Notes: generated by a model not told the origin, from the letters alone. Numbered from the stretch's first letter, positions 1 through 10,499 are shown. The stretch is 37,388 nt of DNA from an uncultured bacterium (GCA_965369865.1 CBDURU010000023.1:1-37388), one strand, 5' to 3'. Made by a program: numbers and translations.

Positions 1-262
1 GACATGTAAGACGTGCAAGCATAATGAATCTTCGGGTCGAACGTGCTTGTCGACGTAATCTACCCGTATCCCGATACACCCGAGACCCCCAAAATCCGAC
101 AATCTCGGGATTTGCCCTGATACGGGAAATTACCGCCTGAGCCCGGTCATAACGCGGATTTAGCCCGATCAGGGGATACAAAAAAAAACGTAAAAAAAAG
201 GGGAGATACGGATACACCCGATACGCTTTAGACTGCTGGTAAATTCCCGGGAACCTATTCCC

Positions 263-291
263 TCGACACTTACGCTCCATTCGGATAAGAT
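263..291 (+). promoter_or_regulatory. sigma70-type promoter, probably leaderless, for the zinc-ribbon/vWA/FHA operon
   Basis: TCGACA (263-268), 17 nt spacer, TAAGAT (286-291), 6 nt, then ATG at 298; no Shine-Dalgarno. Confidence 0.55.
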
Positions 292-297
292 ATACGC

Positions 298-864
298 ATG
301 CGGTGTAAGGTCTGTAATTCATACATCCCCGAAGGCGCCACACATTGCCTCGAATGCGGCAGCAGTTTCGATGAGATCACCATCTGCCAGCATTGCGGCG
401 CGGAAATATCCGCAAGCGCCGGTTTCTGCAATAAATGCGGCACGCCGAAATCAGCACCGGGAGAAATTAATAACCACCTGGAAATCAAAACTCCTGCGAA
501 TAGTGCTGGCGACAAAGGAGCGGTCGAGTGCGGTCGTTGCGGAGAAAATGTCCCGACCGGGGTCCAGTACTGCCCGACATGTGGTACAAATGTTACATTG
601 AACCGGAAATCTGAACCTGAACAATCAGCGGGGGTCGTAACTGGTGAATCCGATCCCACCGATCCCGATACAGACAGACCGGAATGTCCAAGGTGCGGCA
701 CCGTCCCCAGAGGGTCCGCGCGATTCTGCCATAATTGCGGACGATTCCACGGCACTGACATAGAGGACGTCATCTGCCCCCAATGCGGCGCGACAAACAG
801 CCTCCGTTACGCGCGATGCCAGTATTGCGGAGCCGACCTCCCATCCGGGACACCAAAACAATGA
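298..864 (+). CDS. multi zinc-ribbon (double zinc ribbon, DZR) protein
   Basis: 188 aa with five CxxC-x10-CxxC ribbons (e.g. CQHCGAEISASAGFCNKCG); ATGA overlap with the next gene. Confidence 0.85.
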   Translation: MRCKVCNSYIPEGATHCLECGSSFDEITICQHCGAEISASAGFCNKCGTPKSAPGEINNHLEIKTPANSAGDKGAVECGRCGENVPTGVQYCPTCGTNVTLNRKSEPEQSAGVVTGESDPTDPDTDRPECPRCGTVPRGSARFCHNCGRFHGTDIEDVICPQCGATNSLRYARCQYCGADLPSGTPKQ

Positions 865-2249
865 ACCCGATCGACGAAATATCTATTGAACCCGGTGCAG
901 CCAAAACGGCCGACGGACTTTACGGCGAGCACCTTCAACGCGATTACCTGTACAAACGTGATGTCCACTCGATCGAGATGACGGTCTCGCTTTTCAACAG
1001 CTTCGTTCTGCATAAGTCAACCGGGGAAACTTTCCTTCTGGTCGAACTGCTCTCGAAGGAAAAACCCCGCGCCGGACGTGAATCGCCGCTGAATTTAGTC
1101 CTTCTTCTCGATAAATCGCACTCCATGTTCGGCGGACCGATAATTGAGGTTATCAAGGCCGCGAAAGTTGTGATCGATCAGCTTACCGGCCGTGACAGCC
1201 TGACAGTGATCGCGTTCGACCAGGACGCGAAGGTGGTTTTATCGAGCCGCCGGGTCCTGAATAAAGAGGAAGCAAAACGAAGGCTGGACAAAATCGAGGT
1301 CGAGGGCGGTTCGACAGATCTCCATGCCGCGTTGAAACTCGGACTCAAAGAGTTGCGCGAATTATCCGCCGAGAATTCGATCGATAAAATGGTCCTACTG
1401 ACAGACGGCCGTCCGACCCACGGCGAAACGCTGGATCAGAATTTCTTCCAGCTCGCGGAAACCATACGGGAAAAAGGCGGAAGCATAAGCTCGGTAGGGG
1501 TCGGACTTGATTACAACGAAGACCTTCTAAGTTCAGTAGCCCGATTATCTGGCGGCGGATTTTATCACTCGGCGCGTCCGCGTGAGATTAAAAAAATCTT
1601 CAAGAAAGAAATCGCGCACTTCCTGAACGTCAGCCACAGAAATCTCGAGATGGTGATCACCCCGCGGAAGTGGGTCAGGGTCAAGGAAATTTTCGGCCTT
1701 CCGCACCGATTCGAGAGTGGAAAACATATCGTGCAATTACCGGACCTCGAAAAATATACCGAGCAGTCGGTGCTTTTAACTCTTCAATATGAAAATCACC
1801 CGGCTGGACTGTTCAGAATGATCGATGTCAAGACCGGTTACTATCATGTCAGCACCGGGATCGAAAGTGAATTGTCCGGATGGGCGGCGGCGAGGTACGT
1901 CGACGATCCGACAATAATCAAGCGCGGGAAAAACCCGAGGGTCGATAAGGCTCTGCTCCGTCGAAACGTCAAGAGCGATCTCATTTCAACCATCAGGGGA
2001 ATCCGCACGAGAGTCCTGAGTGTCGAGGACGCGCAGGACCAGTTGAAGGACTACCAGCGGACTTTGATTCTTTCCGGGAACACAAAGGAAGCAAGGGAAC
2101 TCGGCGAAGCTATCCAGCAACTCGCGAAAGGCCGCGAGGAGGACGCGTCCAAAACTCTCTCCCAGTCGACCTTCTCCCTTGACAGGGGAAAACGGGACAC
2201 TGACATCGAAAATGAACCCGAACCTGAACAGGCTGGTGATGATGAATGA
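861..2249 (+). CDS. von Willebrand factor type A (vWA) domain protein, YfbK-like
   Basis: PLNLVLLLDKSHSM (MIDAS DxSxS), GSTD, LLTDG; start set at ATG 861, overlapping the upstream TGA. Confidence 0.85.
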   Translation: MNPIDEISIEPGAAKTADGLYGEHLQRDYLYKRDVHSIEMTVSLFNSFVLHKSTGETFLLVELLSKEKPRAGRESPLNLVLLLDKSHSMFGGPIIEVIKAAKVVIDQLTGRDSLTVIAFDQDAKVVLSSRRVLNKEEAKRRLDKIEVEGGSTDLHAALKLGLKELRELSAENSIDKMVLLTDGRPTHGETLDQNFFQLAETIREKGGSISSVGVGLDYNEDLLSSVARLSGGGFYHSARPREIKKIFKKEIAHFLNVSHRNLEMVITPRKWVRVKEIFGLPHRFESGKHIVQLPDLEKYTEQSVLLTLQYENHPAGLFRMIDVKTGYYHVSTGIESELSGWAAARYVDDPTIIKRGKNPRVDKALLRRNVKSDLISTIRGIRTRVLSVEDAQDQLKDYQRTLILSGNTKEARELGEAIQQLAKGREEDASKTLSQSTFSLDRGKRDTDIENEPEPEQAGDDE

Positions 2250-3013
2250 GTGCCTGCCCGATCTGCAGAACCGAAAATCCGGAAATCGAAGATTGGTGTA
2301 CCGACTGCGGATGGCTGATGTCGCAGCAGCCCCCCGATTCAGGGACCTCCGATGATGTCGATATCCAGGATGAAATCCCATTCAAGGCATTCGTAATCCT
2401 GCCTGAACGTGGAAGTGTAATGCTCAGGAAAGCCCGTACGGTTGTCGGACGCGAATTCGGGGATATCCTGCTCCCCGAAGACCTGAATGTCAGCAGGATT
2501 CATTTCGCCCTGATCGCCGAACACGGCGGCCTGTATGTAGAAGACCTTCGCAGCTCAAACGGATCACTCCTGAACGGTGTAAAAATCCCGCCCGGACGCA
2601 GGTATCTTCTTTCCGACGGCGATGTTATCACTGCCGGCGACAGCGCGATCAAGGTCGAATTCAAGGGTATCGAGAAAGAGGGCGAGGAAGTTCCGGGGCT
2701 GTATCTTGTGGATGAAGAGGGTAACAAAACCAGGCTCAGGCAAGGAGATAACACGGTCGGACGGCTTCCGTTGAATACAATCACGATTGAATCCAGCCCG
2801 TTTGTCGCACGCGAGCACGCGATCCTGTCGCTCGAACAGACCCCATCCGGCATGCTTTTCCTCTATCTCCTCGACATGGGTTCATCGAACGGGAGTTTCA
2901 TCAATCACAAACCCGCCCCGGCGCACACGAAGGTCAGAGTCAAGGTCAATGACGAGGTCTCATTTGCGGATGTAACATACCGGATTCTCGAGATCGAGCG
3001 TGAGGAGGACTGA
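2246..3013 (+). CDS. zinc ribbon plus tandem FHA domain protein
   Basis: N-terminal CPIC..CTDC; two FHA motif sets, VGR..VSRIH..SSNGS and VGR..VAREH..SSNGS. Confidence 0.85.
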   Translation: MSACPICRTENPEIEDWCTDCGWLMSQQPPDSGTSDDVDIQDEIPFKAFVILPERGSVMLRKARTVVGREFGDILLPEDLNVSRIHFALIAEHGGLYVEDLRSSNGSLLNGVKIPPGRRYLLSDGDVITAGDSAIKVEFKGIEKEGEEVPGLYLVDEEGNKTRLRQGDNTVGRLPLNTITIESSPFVAREHAILSLEQTPSGMLFLYLLDMGSSNGSFINHKPAPAHTKVRVKVNDEVSFADVTYRILEIEREED

Positions 3014-4016
3014 AAATTTGTTCTGCCCCGACTGCGGACGGGAAGCGCCCGATGATAACAGCTTCTGCCCGATCTGCGGGTACCCGCTCGCTAAACTTGC
3101 CGAGCGAATCGAGCAGGATAAAATCGACGGCATGGGCTGGGCGGAAAAAATTGCAGGGAAACCGCAATTCGAGGAGAAACCACCCGGCGATGAGAAGGTG
3201 GTTTCATTCATAACCGGAAAAGAAGCACCCCCGCCGGAAGAAGAAAAAAAAGGGCTCTTCTGCGAGAGATGTGAGAAGAGGATCGATGTTGGAGTGATGT
3301 GCGCAAGCTGCGGCGACCGCCTGCCGTTCCATTCGGATTTCGATCCTTTCCTTCCATCGGCATTTTCCAGTTTCTGGAAAATGGCTCTGGCGCCGAGAAG
3401 TTTCGCGATTAATTTCCCCTACCCCATCAAGGGCGGGATTATTCAGCCTGTACTTTATCCCGGAGTAGCCGCGGCGGTTTTTATAATAACCCTTCCGCTG
3501 GTTTATTATCACCTTCTCGCCAGATCGGGAGAACGGGCCTTATACTTGATTCCAGCTATCATCGGATTCGTCCTGTCCATGCTGGTTATCCCGGTTCTTG
3601 TGTACCTGAGTTCAGGATTAATTCACTTTGTCGCGCAATTGATCGGCGGGAAATGCCAATTCAGAAGAACAGTGAGAGTTTTTGCCGCCGGAATTCTGTG
3701 GATTTTGATCCTCGGTATTATCCATAATCTGATCAGGTGGGGAATGTTTTTTCTAAAGCCTTTGGTAATAGAATACATCCAGCCGTATTTCAGTCAGGGT
3801 CCTGTGGATACGGGCAACAAAGACTGGGTACGGAATTTAGTGGTTTTCGGTTTGTTAATAATCGGATGGTTGTACACTTGGGCATTTGGAAGTCTCTACA
3901 GGCTGAGATGGTGGGTCGCGATCGTGTTAACATTCGCTACTTATATCCCTATTCTCTGGATCCCCTGGATTTATCTACTGGTGATCTTGCCGCTGAGAGC
4001 GAGTGGCTTGTTTTGA
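3000..4016 (+). CDS. zinc ribbon plus Yip1-like membrane protein
   Basis: Two CxxC..CxxC ribbons, then about 5 TM helices with Yip1-like LAPRSF and IHFVAQLIGGKCQF motifs; overlaps the FHA gene end. Confidence 0.7.
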   Translation: MRRTENLFCPDCGREAPDDNSFCPICGYPLAKLAERIEQDKIDGMGWAEKIAGKPQFEEKPPGDEKVVSFITGKEAPPPEEEKKGLFCERCEKRIDVGVMCASCGDRLPFHSDFDPFLPSAFSSFWKMALAPRSFAINFPYPIKGGIIQPVLYPGVAAAVFIITLPLVYYHLLARSGERALYLIPAIIGFVLSMLVIPVLVYLSSGLIHFVAQLIGGKCQFRRTVRVFAAGILWILILGIIHNLIRWGMFFLKPLVIEYIQPYFSQGPVDTGNKDWVRNLVVFGLLIIGWLYTWAFGSLYRLRWWVAIVLTFATYIPILWIPWIYLLVILPLRASGLF

Positions 4017-4028
4017 GAATGTACAGAC

Positions 4029-4069
4029 CGGGGACACCTCATTTCGTCCTCGAAATGCAGGTGTCCCCG
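4029..4069. repeat. strong inverted repeat (REP-like hairpin or terminator)
   Basis: CGGGGACACCT-CATTTCG, loop TCCT, CGAAATG-C-AGGTGTCCCCG: 18-bp stem with one bulge, 12 nt after the operon's last stop. Confidence 0.75.
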
Positions 4070-4183
4070 ATTATCTTTGACGGTTATATCCTGAATTCCT
4101 TTGGAATCCCCATGTGATAGAATAAATAAGCTACAGATTTTGTTTATAGACGATATTATTAATGTTATTAAATCAGATTTAAA

Positions 4184-5887
4184 GTGCCTTCAAAATCAGG
4201 AAAATTTGACCGAAATGAACTCATCAGTCTGATTGTCGCAGTCGCTGTCGGGTTCCTGATACGGATCTTCCTCGCCCGGTATGAAACCGAGGTTGGCGTC
4301 GATAGCGTCCATTACCTGCTAATGGGCGACAATATGGCGCGCGGGGTTGGAATCGATACATGGGACACGACCGGCGGACGATGGATCATGCCCCCCACAT
4401 TCCCGATTCTCGTAGCGATGTTCAGGCTTTTCGGTGCTGGCCTCGAATGGGCGGGACATCTCGCAGCCGTGACTGCCGGGTCCGCTCTCCTGATACCGAT
4501 ATATTTTCTGACAAGACGCTTATTCAATGTTACCACCGCGCGGGTCGCTGTCTGGCTTGCTGTTTTCACACCAATTCTGGTTGACTATTCAGTTGTGATC
4601 CTGACCGAAAACCTGTTCGCGACCTTCGTGCTTGCGATGCTCGTTTTCACCCACAGGGCATTTTCCGAAGATGGCAGGCTTCTCGATTCTTTCCTTTCCG
4701 GTATTTTCGCCGCGTTTGCTTTCCTTACAAAGACATTCGGAATTTTTCTTGTGCCGTTTCTCGCGCTCAGCTACTTTCTCTCGAAGGGTGGACATTCGAA
4801 ATCCAGGCCATTACAACAGGGACTAATCGCGATTCTCGGATTCCTTGTTCTTGCGGTTCCCTACTGGGTCGTCCTTCATCAGCAATCGGGACAATGGGCA
4901 ATCGACGGCAAAGGTCTAGGGCAGGCCTCGAGGATTTATTCCCAAAACCTGGCGGAAGAACATATCGATCCGAGGTATACAGGCCAACTCACTGAGGACG
5001 GGTCCGATTTTGCTATCAATGTAAACCCGGAAGGCACTCATCCCGACTGGGCAACTCCACCCGCTGTCGGTTTCTATTTCGTGAAAAAATACATCCAGAA
5101 ACTTGTCAGGATCTACCAGGATTTCCCCTTCACGCCCACCTACCCGAACAACATTCTCCTCTTGTATCTGTTTCCGACCATACTGCTGGGTCTGGGGATT
5201 TTCACCGGGTCGGGACGATGGGTAGAACACCAATCAGACAGGTTTTTGATTTTCTGGCTGTCCCCGTTTATATTCTGCATCCCGATAATTTTCATCGAGG
5301 TCAGGTACTTCATCCCTGTAATCCCATTGCTGATCCCTTTCATGGCGAGAGGTGTCGAGGTTATCGCTGGCTGGACAATGACCCGGTTCCCGGGATCGGG
5401 GAATGTCCCTGAATCTAAACGGATCGGTACTGTCATAACCGTGATTACAATTATTTTCGCGATTCTCGCACTTCCCAAACTGACATATAAAGTCACCAAT
5501 CGGGACAATCCGATGGTGTCCTATAATCCAAGGAAAGAAGCTGCTATGTGGCTTCTCGACCGGGGTTACCAGCCTGAGAAAATTATGGAGTACGCTCATT
5601 CTGTCAGTTTTTACTCGGGAGCGCAGAGTATCCTTATTCCACAGGGTGATCTCGATGATGTAATAAATATCGCGCGTAATTACGATATCGAAATTCTTTC
5701 ACTCGACGAGTTTTTCGTCCGGAGATCGCAACGTCGCCCGGAAATTGAATTCCTGTTCGATCCGCACAGTAAACTCCCTCCCGAACTTGAAAGAATTTAC
5801 GTCGACGAAACATATAATGAACTGCATCATTTTCTATTCAGAATCCGGTCCCAGGCAGAGCTTGATGGAACCGATAACCCGCCATAA
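4184..5887 (+). CDS. ArnT/PMT-family (GT-C) membrane glycosyltransferase
   Basis: Polytopic; DSVHY after TM1, PPTFP, LTENLF, AFLTK, EVRYFIP; soluble C-terminal domain. Confidence 0.8.
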   Translation: MPSKSGKFDRNELISLIVAVAVGFLIRIFLARYETEVGVDSVHYLLMGDNMARGVGIDTWDTTGGRWIMPPTFPILVAMFRLFGAGLEWAGHLAAVTAGSALLIPIYFLTRRLFNVTTARVAVWLAVFTPILVDYSVVILTENLFATFVLAMLVFTHRAFSEDGRLLDSFLSGIFAAFAFLTKTFGIFLVPFLALSYFLSKGGHSKSRPLQQGLIAILGFLVLAVPYWVVLHQQSGQWAIDGKGLGQASRIYSQNLAEEHIDPRYTGQLTEDGSDFAINVNPEGTHPDWATPPAVGFYFVKKYIQKLVRIYQDFPFTPTYPNNILLLYLFPTILLGLGIFTGSGRWVEHQSDRFLIFWLSPFIFCIPIIFIEVRYFIPVIPLLIPFMARGVEVIAGWTMTRFPGSGNVPESKRIGTVITVITIIFAILALPKLTYKVTNRDNPMVSYNPRKEAAMWLLDRGYQPEKIMEYAHSVSFYSGAQSILIPQGDLDDVINIARNYDIEILSLDEFFVRRSQRRPEIEFLFDPHSKLPPELERIYVDETYNELHHFLFRIRSQAELDGTDNPP

Positions 5888-5890
5888 ACC

Positions 5891-8032
5891 GTGCCTGAAC
5901 TATTTCTCTCAATCCCACTCGCGTTACTAATCATACTGGCATGTCATGAAGCCGGACGCCTGATCCTGCGCCTGCTCGATCTCCCGCCTTCAATACCTCA
6001 ACCGATCAACCGGGCTTTATTCAAATTTGCACTCGGCTTAATCGCAATCGAATTCGTCCTCAGCATCCTTGGAATTACAGGTCTTTTGTTAAACTGGCTA
6101 ATGTGGGCACTTTTAATCGGACTTCTCGCGAGCGCTTTAAAATTCGGGCGTGAATCGATATCATCGACAGCCTCCGCGTTAAAATCTCTATGGCGTGAAT
6201 CTGTTAAGATTCCACTAAACGCGATTCTCGTCTGGATCATCATCCTTGCGCTTTTGATGGACTTTATCCTTACGATGGTTCCAACCACGGCCTGGGACGC
6301 CCTTACATATCACTATCCACTTCCCATGCAATGGATTCGTGACACCGGATTCGTTTTCAATCCGGGAAACTGTTACTCCGAACTCCCGATGGCATCCGAA
6401 ATGATGTTCGCGTTCGCATTCGGGCTTGGGGGAATCTCGGATAACGGACTTGGTGCCGGGCATCTCGCCGCGAATCATCTGACCTGGTTTGCAGGATTCC
6501 TGGCAATCCTCGGTTTCATTGCAATAGGACGAAAAATCGGGCCGAGCCTTGTCCCGGTTAAATATAAGGCTGAAAACATCTGGAACTCATGGACACCCGG
6601 GCTTTTGGCATCCGTTGCTTTCCTCAGCCTTCCAATTGTTTTTGTTGAGGAAATGGAAGGCGGTTATATTGAGAATTTCATTGTCTTCCTGTCTGTGACC
6701 ATCCTGATCGCGCTCCTCTATTTCCGGGACACAAAGTCAGAAAAGCTGATAGCTATTGTCGGGGTTCTTTCGGGTGGATTACTGGCAAGTAAACATTCAA
6801 ATATTTTTCTCTGCGCGCTTGTATTGATCATCCTCATTATCTGGATGATAAACCCAAGGGATCGGCCGGGGTTTCGATACGGATGGAAAATTATTATATT
6901 CGCGATACTGATGGCAGTTCTTATACCGTTCCCATGGTGGCTGAAAAGCTTTATTCATACCGGCGATCCGGCATGGCCATTTTTAACAAAGCTCCTGAAT
7001 CCCGACGCCATGGTCCCGGACATCATGTACTGGTCGAACCCGAATGTCGAACGATCCGGCTGGGGATTTATCACATATATAGCCCGTTTGACCTGGGATG
7101 TTTCGCTCGTCCAGCTCGATTTCAGGCTCCTGACATGGTATTTCCTGCCGCTGATGCCCTTTGCGGTGCACTGGACTATTCTGGATAAAAATGCAAGGCC
7201 GATCGGGATAATCACGTGGCTCTTAATACTCGTAATTTACCTTCTCGCTCCCGGCGAGCCCCGATATTTACTTACTGCCTGGGGTTTATATGCAATCCTT
7301 GGCGCCTGGAGCCTGCTGAGAATATTGAATGTCATATCTAAGATCGCAAAATTTATTCTACCAATACTGTTAATCCTCCCAATTGGATTTTCACTTGTGG
7401 CACGAACCGGGGAGATTAATAAGCGAATCCCTACGATAATTGGCGTTGCGTCGGTTGAGGATTACTTTGAGAAATCGCATGACATCTGGCGACAGATAAA
7501 ATATATCAATGAGGAAACTGAAGAGGATGCTCGAATCGTACTGATTGAGCCAAGGAACATGTACGTTCAGAGAGAATTTATAATTTGGTACCCGTTTCCG
7601 ACACCGGTTACTGAAACCTGGACACTTCGCTATACTGAATCTCTTGTGGCAGAATGGAAAGCAATGGGAGTCGATTACATTTTTCTTTCATTTGGCCCAA
7701 ACCATCGTGCGGTAACTCTGGCAAGGGAATTGTGTGCCTGTAGGCTTATAAACAATCCATGGGACACTGGTTTTATTAGCAGGGACACGTTGTCTTCCGA
7801 CCCCGCTACATACACGGAACCCATTTTACGGCAAATAGCAGAGAATAAAGATGTTGCATTCATGTTAACAGATGCCGCGATTGACCGCATGAACGAATAT
7901 GATGTAAGGGCAATTTCCATGCTGGACGATATGATCCTCAACGGTTGGTTAACTGTGGAATTCAGCGGTACTTCTGCAGGGACAATATTTCGCTTCAACC
8001 CACCCGATCAACTCGAGGTGGATGCCGAATGA
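5891..8032 (+). CDS. GT-C superfamily membrane glycosyltransferase-like protein
   Basis: Polytopic; WDALTYH, ASKH, TGDPAWPF, EPRYL. Confidence 0.7.
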   Translation: MPELFLSIPLALLIILACHEAGRLILRLLDLPPSIPQPINRALFKFALGLIAIEFVLSILGITGLLLNWLMWALLIGLLASALKFGRESISSTASALKSLWRESVKIPLNAILVWIIILALLMDFILTMVPTTAWDALTYHYPLPMQWIRDTGFVFNPGNCYSELPMASEMMFAFAFGLGGISDNGLGAGHLAANHLTWFAGFLAILGFIAIGRKIGPSLVPVKYKAENIWNSWTPGLLASVAFLSLPIVFVEEMEGGYIENFIVFLSVTILIALLYFRDTKSEKLIAIVGVLSGGLLASKHSNIFLCALVLIILIIWMINPRDRPGFRYGWKIIIFAILMAVLIPFPWWLKSFIHTGDPAWPFLTKLLNPDAMVPDIMYWSNPNVERSGWGFITYIARLTWDVSLVQLDFRLLTWYFLPLMPFAVHWTILDKNARPIGIITWLLILVIYLLAPGEPRYLLTAWGLYAILGAWSLLRILNVISKIAKFILPILLILPIGFSLVARTGEINKRIPTIIGVASVEDYFEKSHDIWRQIKYINEETEEDARIVLIEPRNMYVQREFIIWYPFPTPVTETWTLRYTESLVAEWKAMGVDYIFLSFGPNHRAVTLARELCACRLINNPWDTGFISRDTLSSDPATYTEPILRQIAENKDVAFMLTDAAIDRMNEYDVRAISMLDDMILNGWLTVEFSGTSAGTIFRFNPPDQLEVDAE

Positions 8033-10404
8033 TCCAGGCTGTCCTCACATTCCCGGTTTTCCTGCTCGGACTCTACGGATTCGGTGAGTGGATCAGATCG
8101 CGAATATTTGGCGATGAGCCACTTTCAGCGGGACGGGTCGGACGTGCTCTGGCATTTGGGTTGCTTGCACACGGATTATTAATGACAATTCTCGGATTTC
8201 TGTGCGTTCTCTACCCAATCGTAGCGGGAATTCTGTCCGCACTCCCGTCGATTCTGTTCTGGAAATTCTGGCTCCGCGATCTCAGGTTGCTATTCATTAA
8301 AGCTACATGGAAATCATCGAAACCTTTAAACATTGTAGAAACTGTTTTCATTGTCATACTTGTTTTCATTACACTCCTGCGAGGATTCAATGCGCTCGCG
8401 CCGAATATTTCATGGGACGCGACCTCGCACCATTACCTCGTCCCATCAGTCTGGCTTCAAAACCACAGTGTATCCGATCTAATGAGCGTTATTTATTCTT
8501 ACTATCCATCCCTTACTGAGATGGGAATCGCAGGAACCATGGCACTAGGTACCGATTTCCTCTCGAATCTATACGGGTGGATTTTCGGGCTTGTCGCGAT
8601 TCTGCTCCTGATCGATATTCCTGTCAAGCATTTTTCATCAGGAAATTCTAATAGAATTAATACAGGTCGATTCGCGGGGATTACCGCCGCTTTTATCTTC
8701 ACACTATTTCCAGGTGTGGGTGTACAGACATCCGGGGGTTATGTTGACTTACCTCTCGCTGTGTGGGTACTGGCGACAATCACATTCCTCCTCGAATTCA
8801 ATACAAATCGTAACTGGAGTAATCTGATTGCAGCGGCATTTTTCTCGGGAGCGGTACTGTCGACAAAACATATTGGATTACTGATCTTTCCTGGATTCCT
8901 TTTCATCCTGATATGGCAGCTCTTTTCAAGTAAGGAAAAACAACTTGAGAAAAAAACAATCTGGAAATTCATCTGGACATTTATTGGAATCTCAATATTA
9001 CTCCCCCTGCCCTGGTATATTCGATCCGGATGGCTGACCGGAAATCCATTTTACCCGTTTGGAATTTTCGGCCTGCCGACACCACCGCATCCGCCGTTCA
9101 CAATCGAATCCTGGGTGCGCCCGGATTACGTCCGCTCAATTCCGGGATTACTCTCATACTGGCTCTACCTTGCATTCACGCCAAAAATCGGAGACGCGCT
9201 TGGACGGAATTACTCATTACTTTTCCCGGTCCTTTTGCCGCTTGTCGTGTTTATTCCAAAACTTAAATCATCCGGGAAACTCATCGCCTTCCTTGCGGGA
9301 ATTTCGATCCTTGTAATCTACGCGATCTTCCCCGTTGAGACCCGGTATCACATTCCATTCATCGGCCTGTTTGCTGTTGTTCTCGGACTCCTGGCCGCTC
9401 ATTGGGCAACTGTGAAACCAAAAGCATGGCATGGACTACTGTTCCTGGCCGCGTTCTTAATTTCAGGGATTTATCTGGTGAAGGCTGAATCGAATTATTC
9501 ATGGTATGCGTTAATAACAATCATAATATCGATTATCGCAACTGTAATCTGGCTCGCTGGAATAAACAAAAAATCAGGTTTTGTTACCCCATTAATCCTC
9601 CTACTCATACTCGGAATTGGCGGATTTACATTCGATATCCAGAAAGACCTCTACGAATTCGGACGTCGCTACAAAACGGTGGTGAATCTCGAACCCGAAG
9701 ACCGCTATATGCTTCGCGAGTCGCCATTCAATTACGGGGTCATTCATTACATCAACACGGAACTCGATTACGAAAACATGCGGGTGCTTTTCCTTGAACC
9801 ACGTGTATACCGCTGCAAGTCCGACTGGGTGACATGGGTCGGAATGGATGAGCCGTTTGTACCTGAATCTCCCATGGAAGCTGTCGCGATAGCAGTGCGG
9901 AATAACATCACGCATCAGCTTCTGGGCGACGATGTCTCATTGAAAGCTATGATGTATTACAACATCATCCACACCGATGGCTGGGGGCTTCCCGGAATGC
10001 TCACTGACGAGATGGTTGAATACCTCGAAGCGCATCCCGACGAAGACAAGGTCTGGTTCACACGGGATGACCTCAATTTAAATTTCCTGAGAGAGGATGT
10101 TTCGGACATAGCCCCTCATTTCACGGAATTCTGGATACCGAGGGAGATCGAGAAGGAGCAATTTCCGGTTGAGATGGTCGACGGGATTGAATATTACACC
10201 GCAGGCAGGATGGAAATTCTAATAGACCCCGAACGAGCGGCACAGTACGCATTCATCCGGACTTTCATGGACTGGCATGAGGGTGGTGGACTGGATATTG
10301 TGTACGAGGACGGCTTGACGATCCTTTGGAAATTCAACCACGAGAATTTCATGAGACTGAACCCGGATATAGACTGGTCGGAGTATAGGATTGATATTAA
10401 TTAG
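8029..10404 (+). CDS. GT-C superfamily membrane glycosyltransferase-like protein, paralogue of the upstream gene
   Basis: WDATSHH, GGYVD, STKH, TGNPFYPF, ETRYH; start at ATG 8029 in an ATGA overlap. Confidence 0.7.
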   Translation: MIQAVLTFPVFLLGLYGFGEWIRSRIFGDEPLSAGRVGRALAFGLLAHGLLMTILGFLCVLYPIVAGILSALPSILFWKFWLRDLRLLFIKATWKSSKPLNIVETVFIVILVFITLLRGFNALAPNISWDATSHHYLVPSVWLQNHSVSDLMSVIYSYYPSLTEMGIAGTMALGTDFLSNLYGWIFGLVAILLLIDIPVKHFSSGNSNRINTGRFAGITAAFIFTLFPGVGVQTSGGYVDLPLAVWVLATITFLLEFNTNRNWSNLIAAAFFSGAVLSTKHIGLLIFPGFLFILIWQLFSSKEKQLEKKTIWKFIWTFIGISILLPLPWYIRSGWLTGNPFYPFGIFGLPTPPHPPFTIESWVRPDYVRSIPGLLSYWLYLAFTPKIGDALGRNYSLLFPVLLPLVVFIPKLKSSGKLIAFLAGISILVIYAIFPVETRYHIPFIGLFAVVLGLLAAHWATVKPKAWHGLLFLAAFLISGIYLVKAESNYSWYALITIIISIIATVIWLAGINKKSGFVTPLILLLILGIGGFTFDIQKDLYEFGRRYKTVVNLEPEDRYMLRESPFNYGVIHYINTELDYENMRVLFLEPRVYRCKSDWVTWVGMDEPFVPESPMEAVAIAVRNNITHQLLGDDVSLKAMMYYNIIHTDGWGLPGMLTDEMVEYLEAHPDEDKVWFTRDDLNLNFLREDVSDIAPHFTEFWIPREIEKEQFPVEMVDGIEYYTAGRMEILIDPERAAQYAFIRTFMDWHEGGGLDIVYEDGLTILWKFNHENFMRLNPDIDWSEYRIDIN

Positions 10405-10470
10405 ACTTGTGCCGGAGTCGCATGCCACGGAATTTTCGATCATGCATGGTATTTTAACCCCAAATACCCC

Positions 10471-10499
10471 TTGACCCCGCTGTTAATCGGTGTTAGCAT
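10471..10499 (+). promoter_or_regulatory. sigma70 promoter for scpAB
   Basis: TTGACC, 17 nt, TAGCAT with a TG extension; implies the true scpA start is ATG 10569, not TTG 10500. Confidence 0.55.

Noticed and set aside
3737..4117. 126-aa ORF spanning the Yip1 gene end and the hairpin
   Set aside because: Out-of-frame overlap with a well-supported gene, runs through the inverted repeat, and has no motifs.
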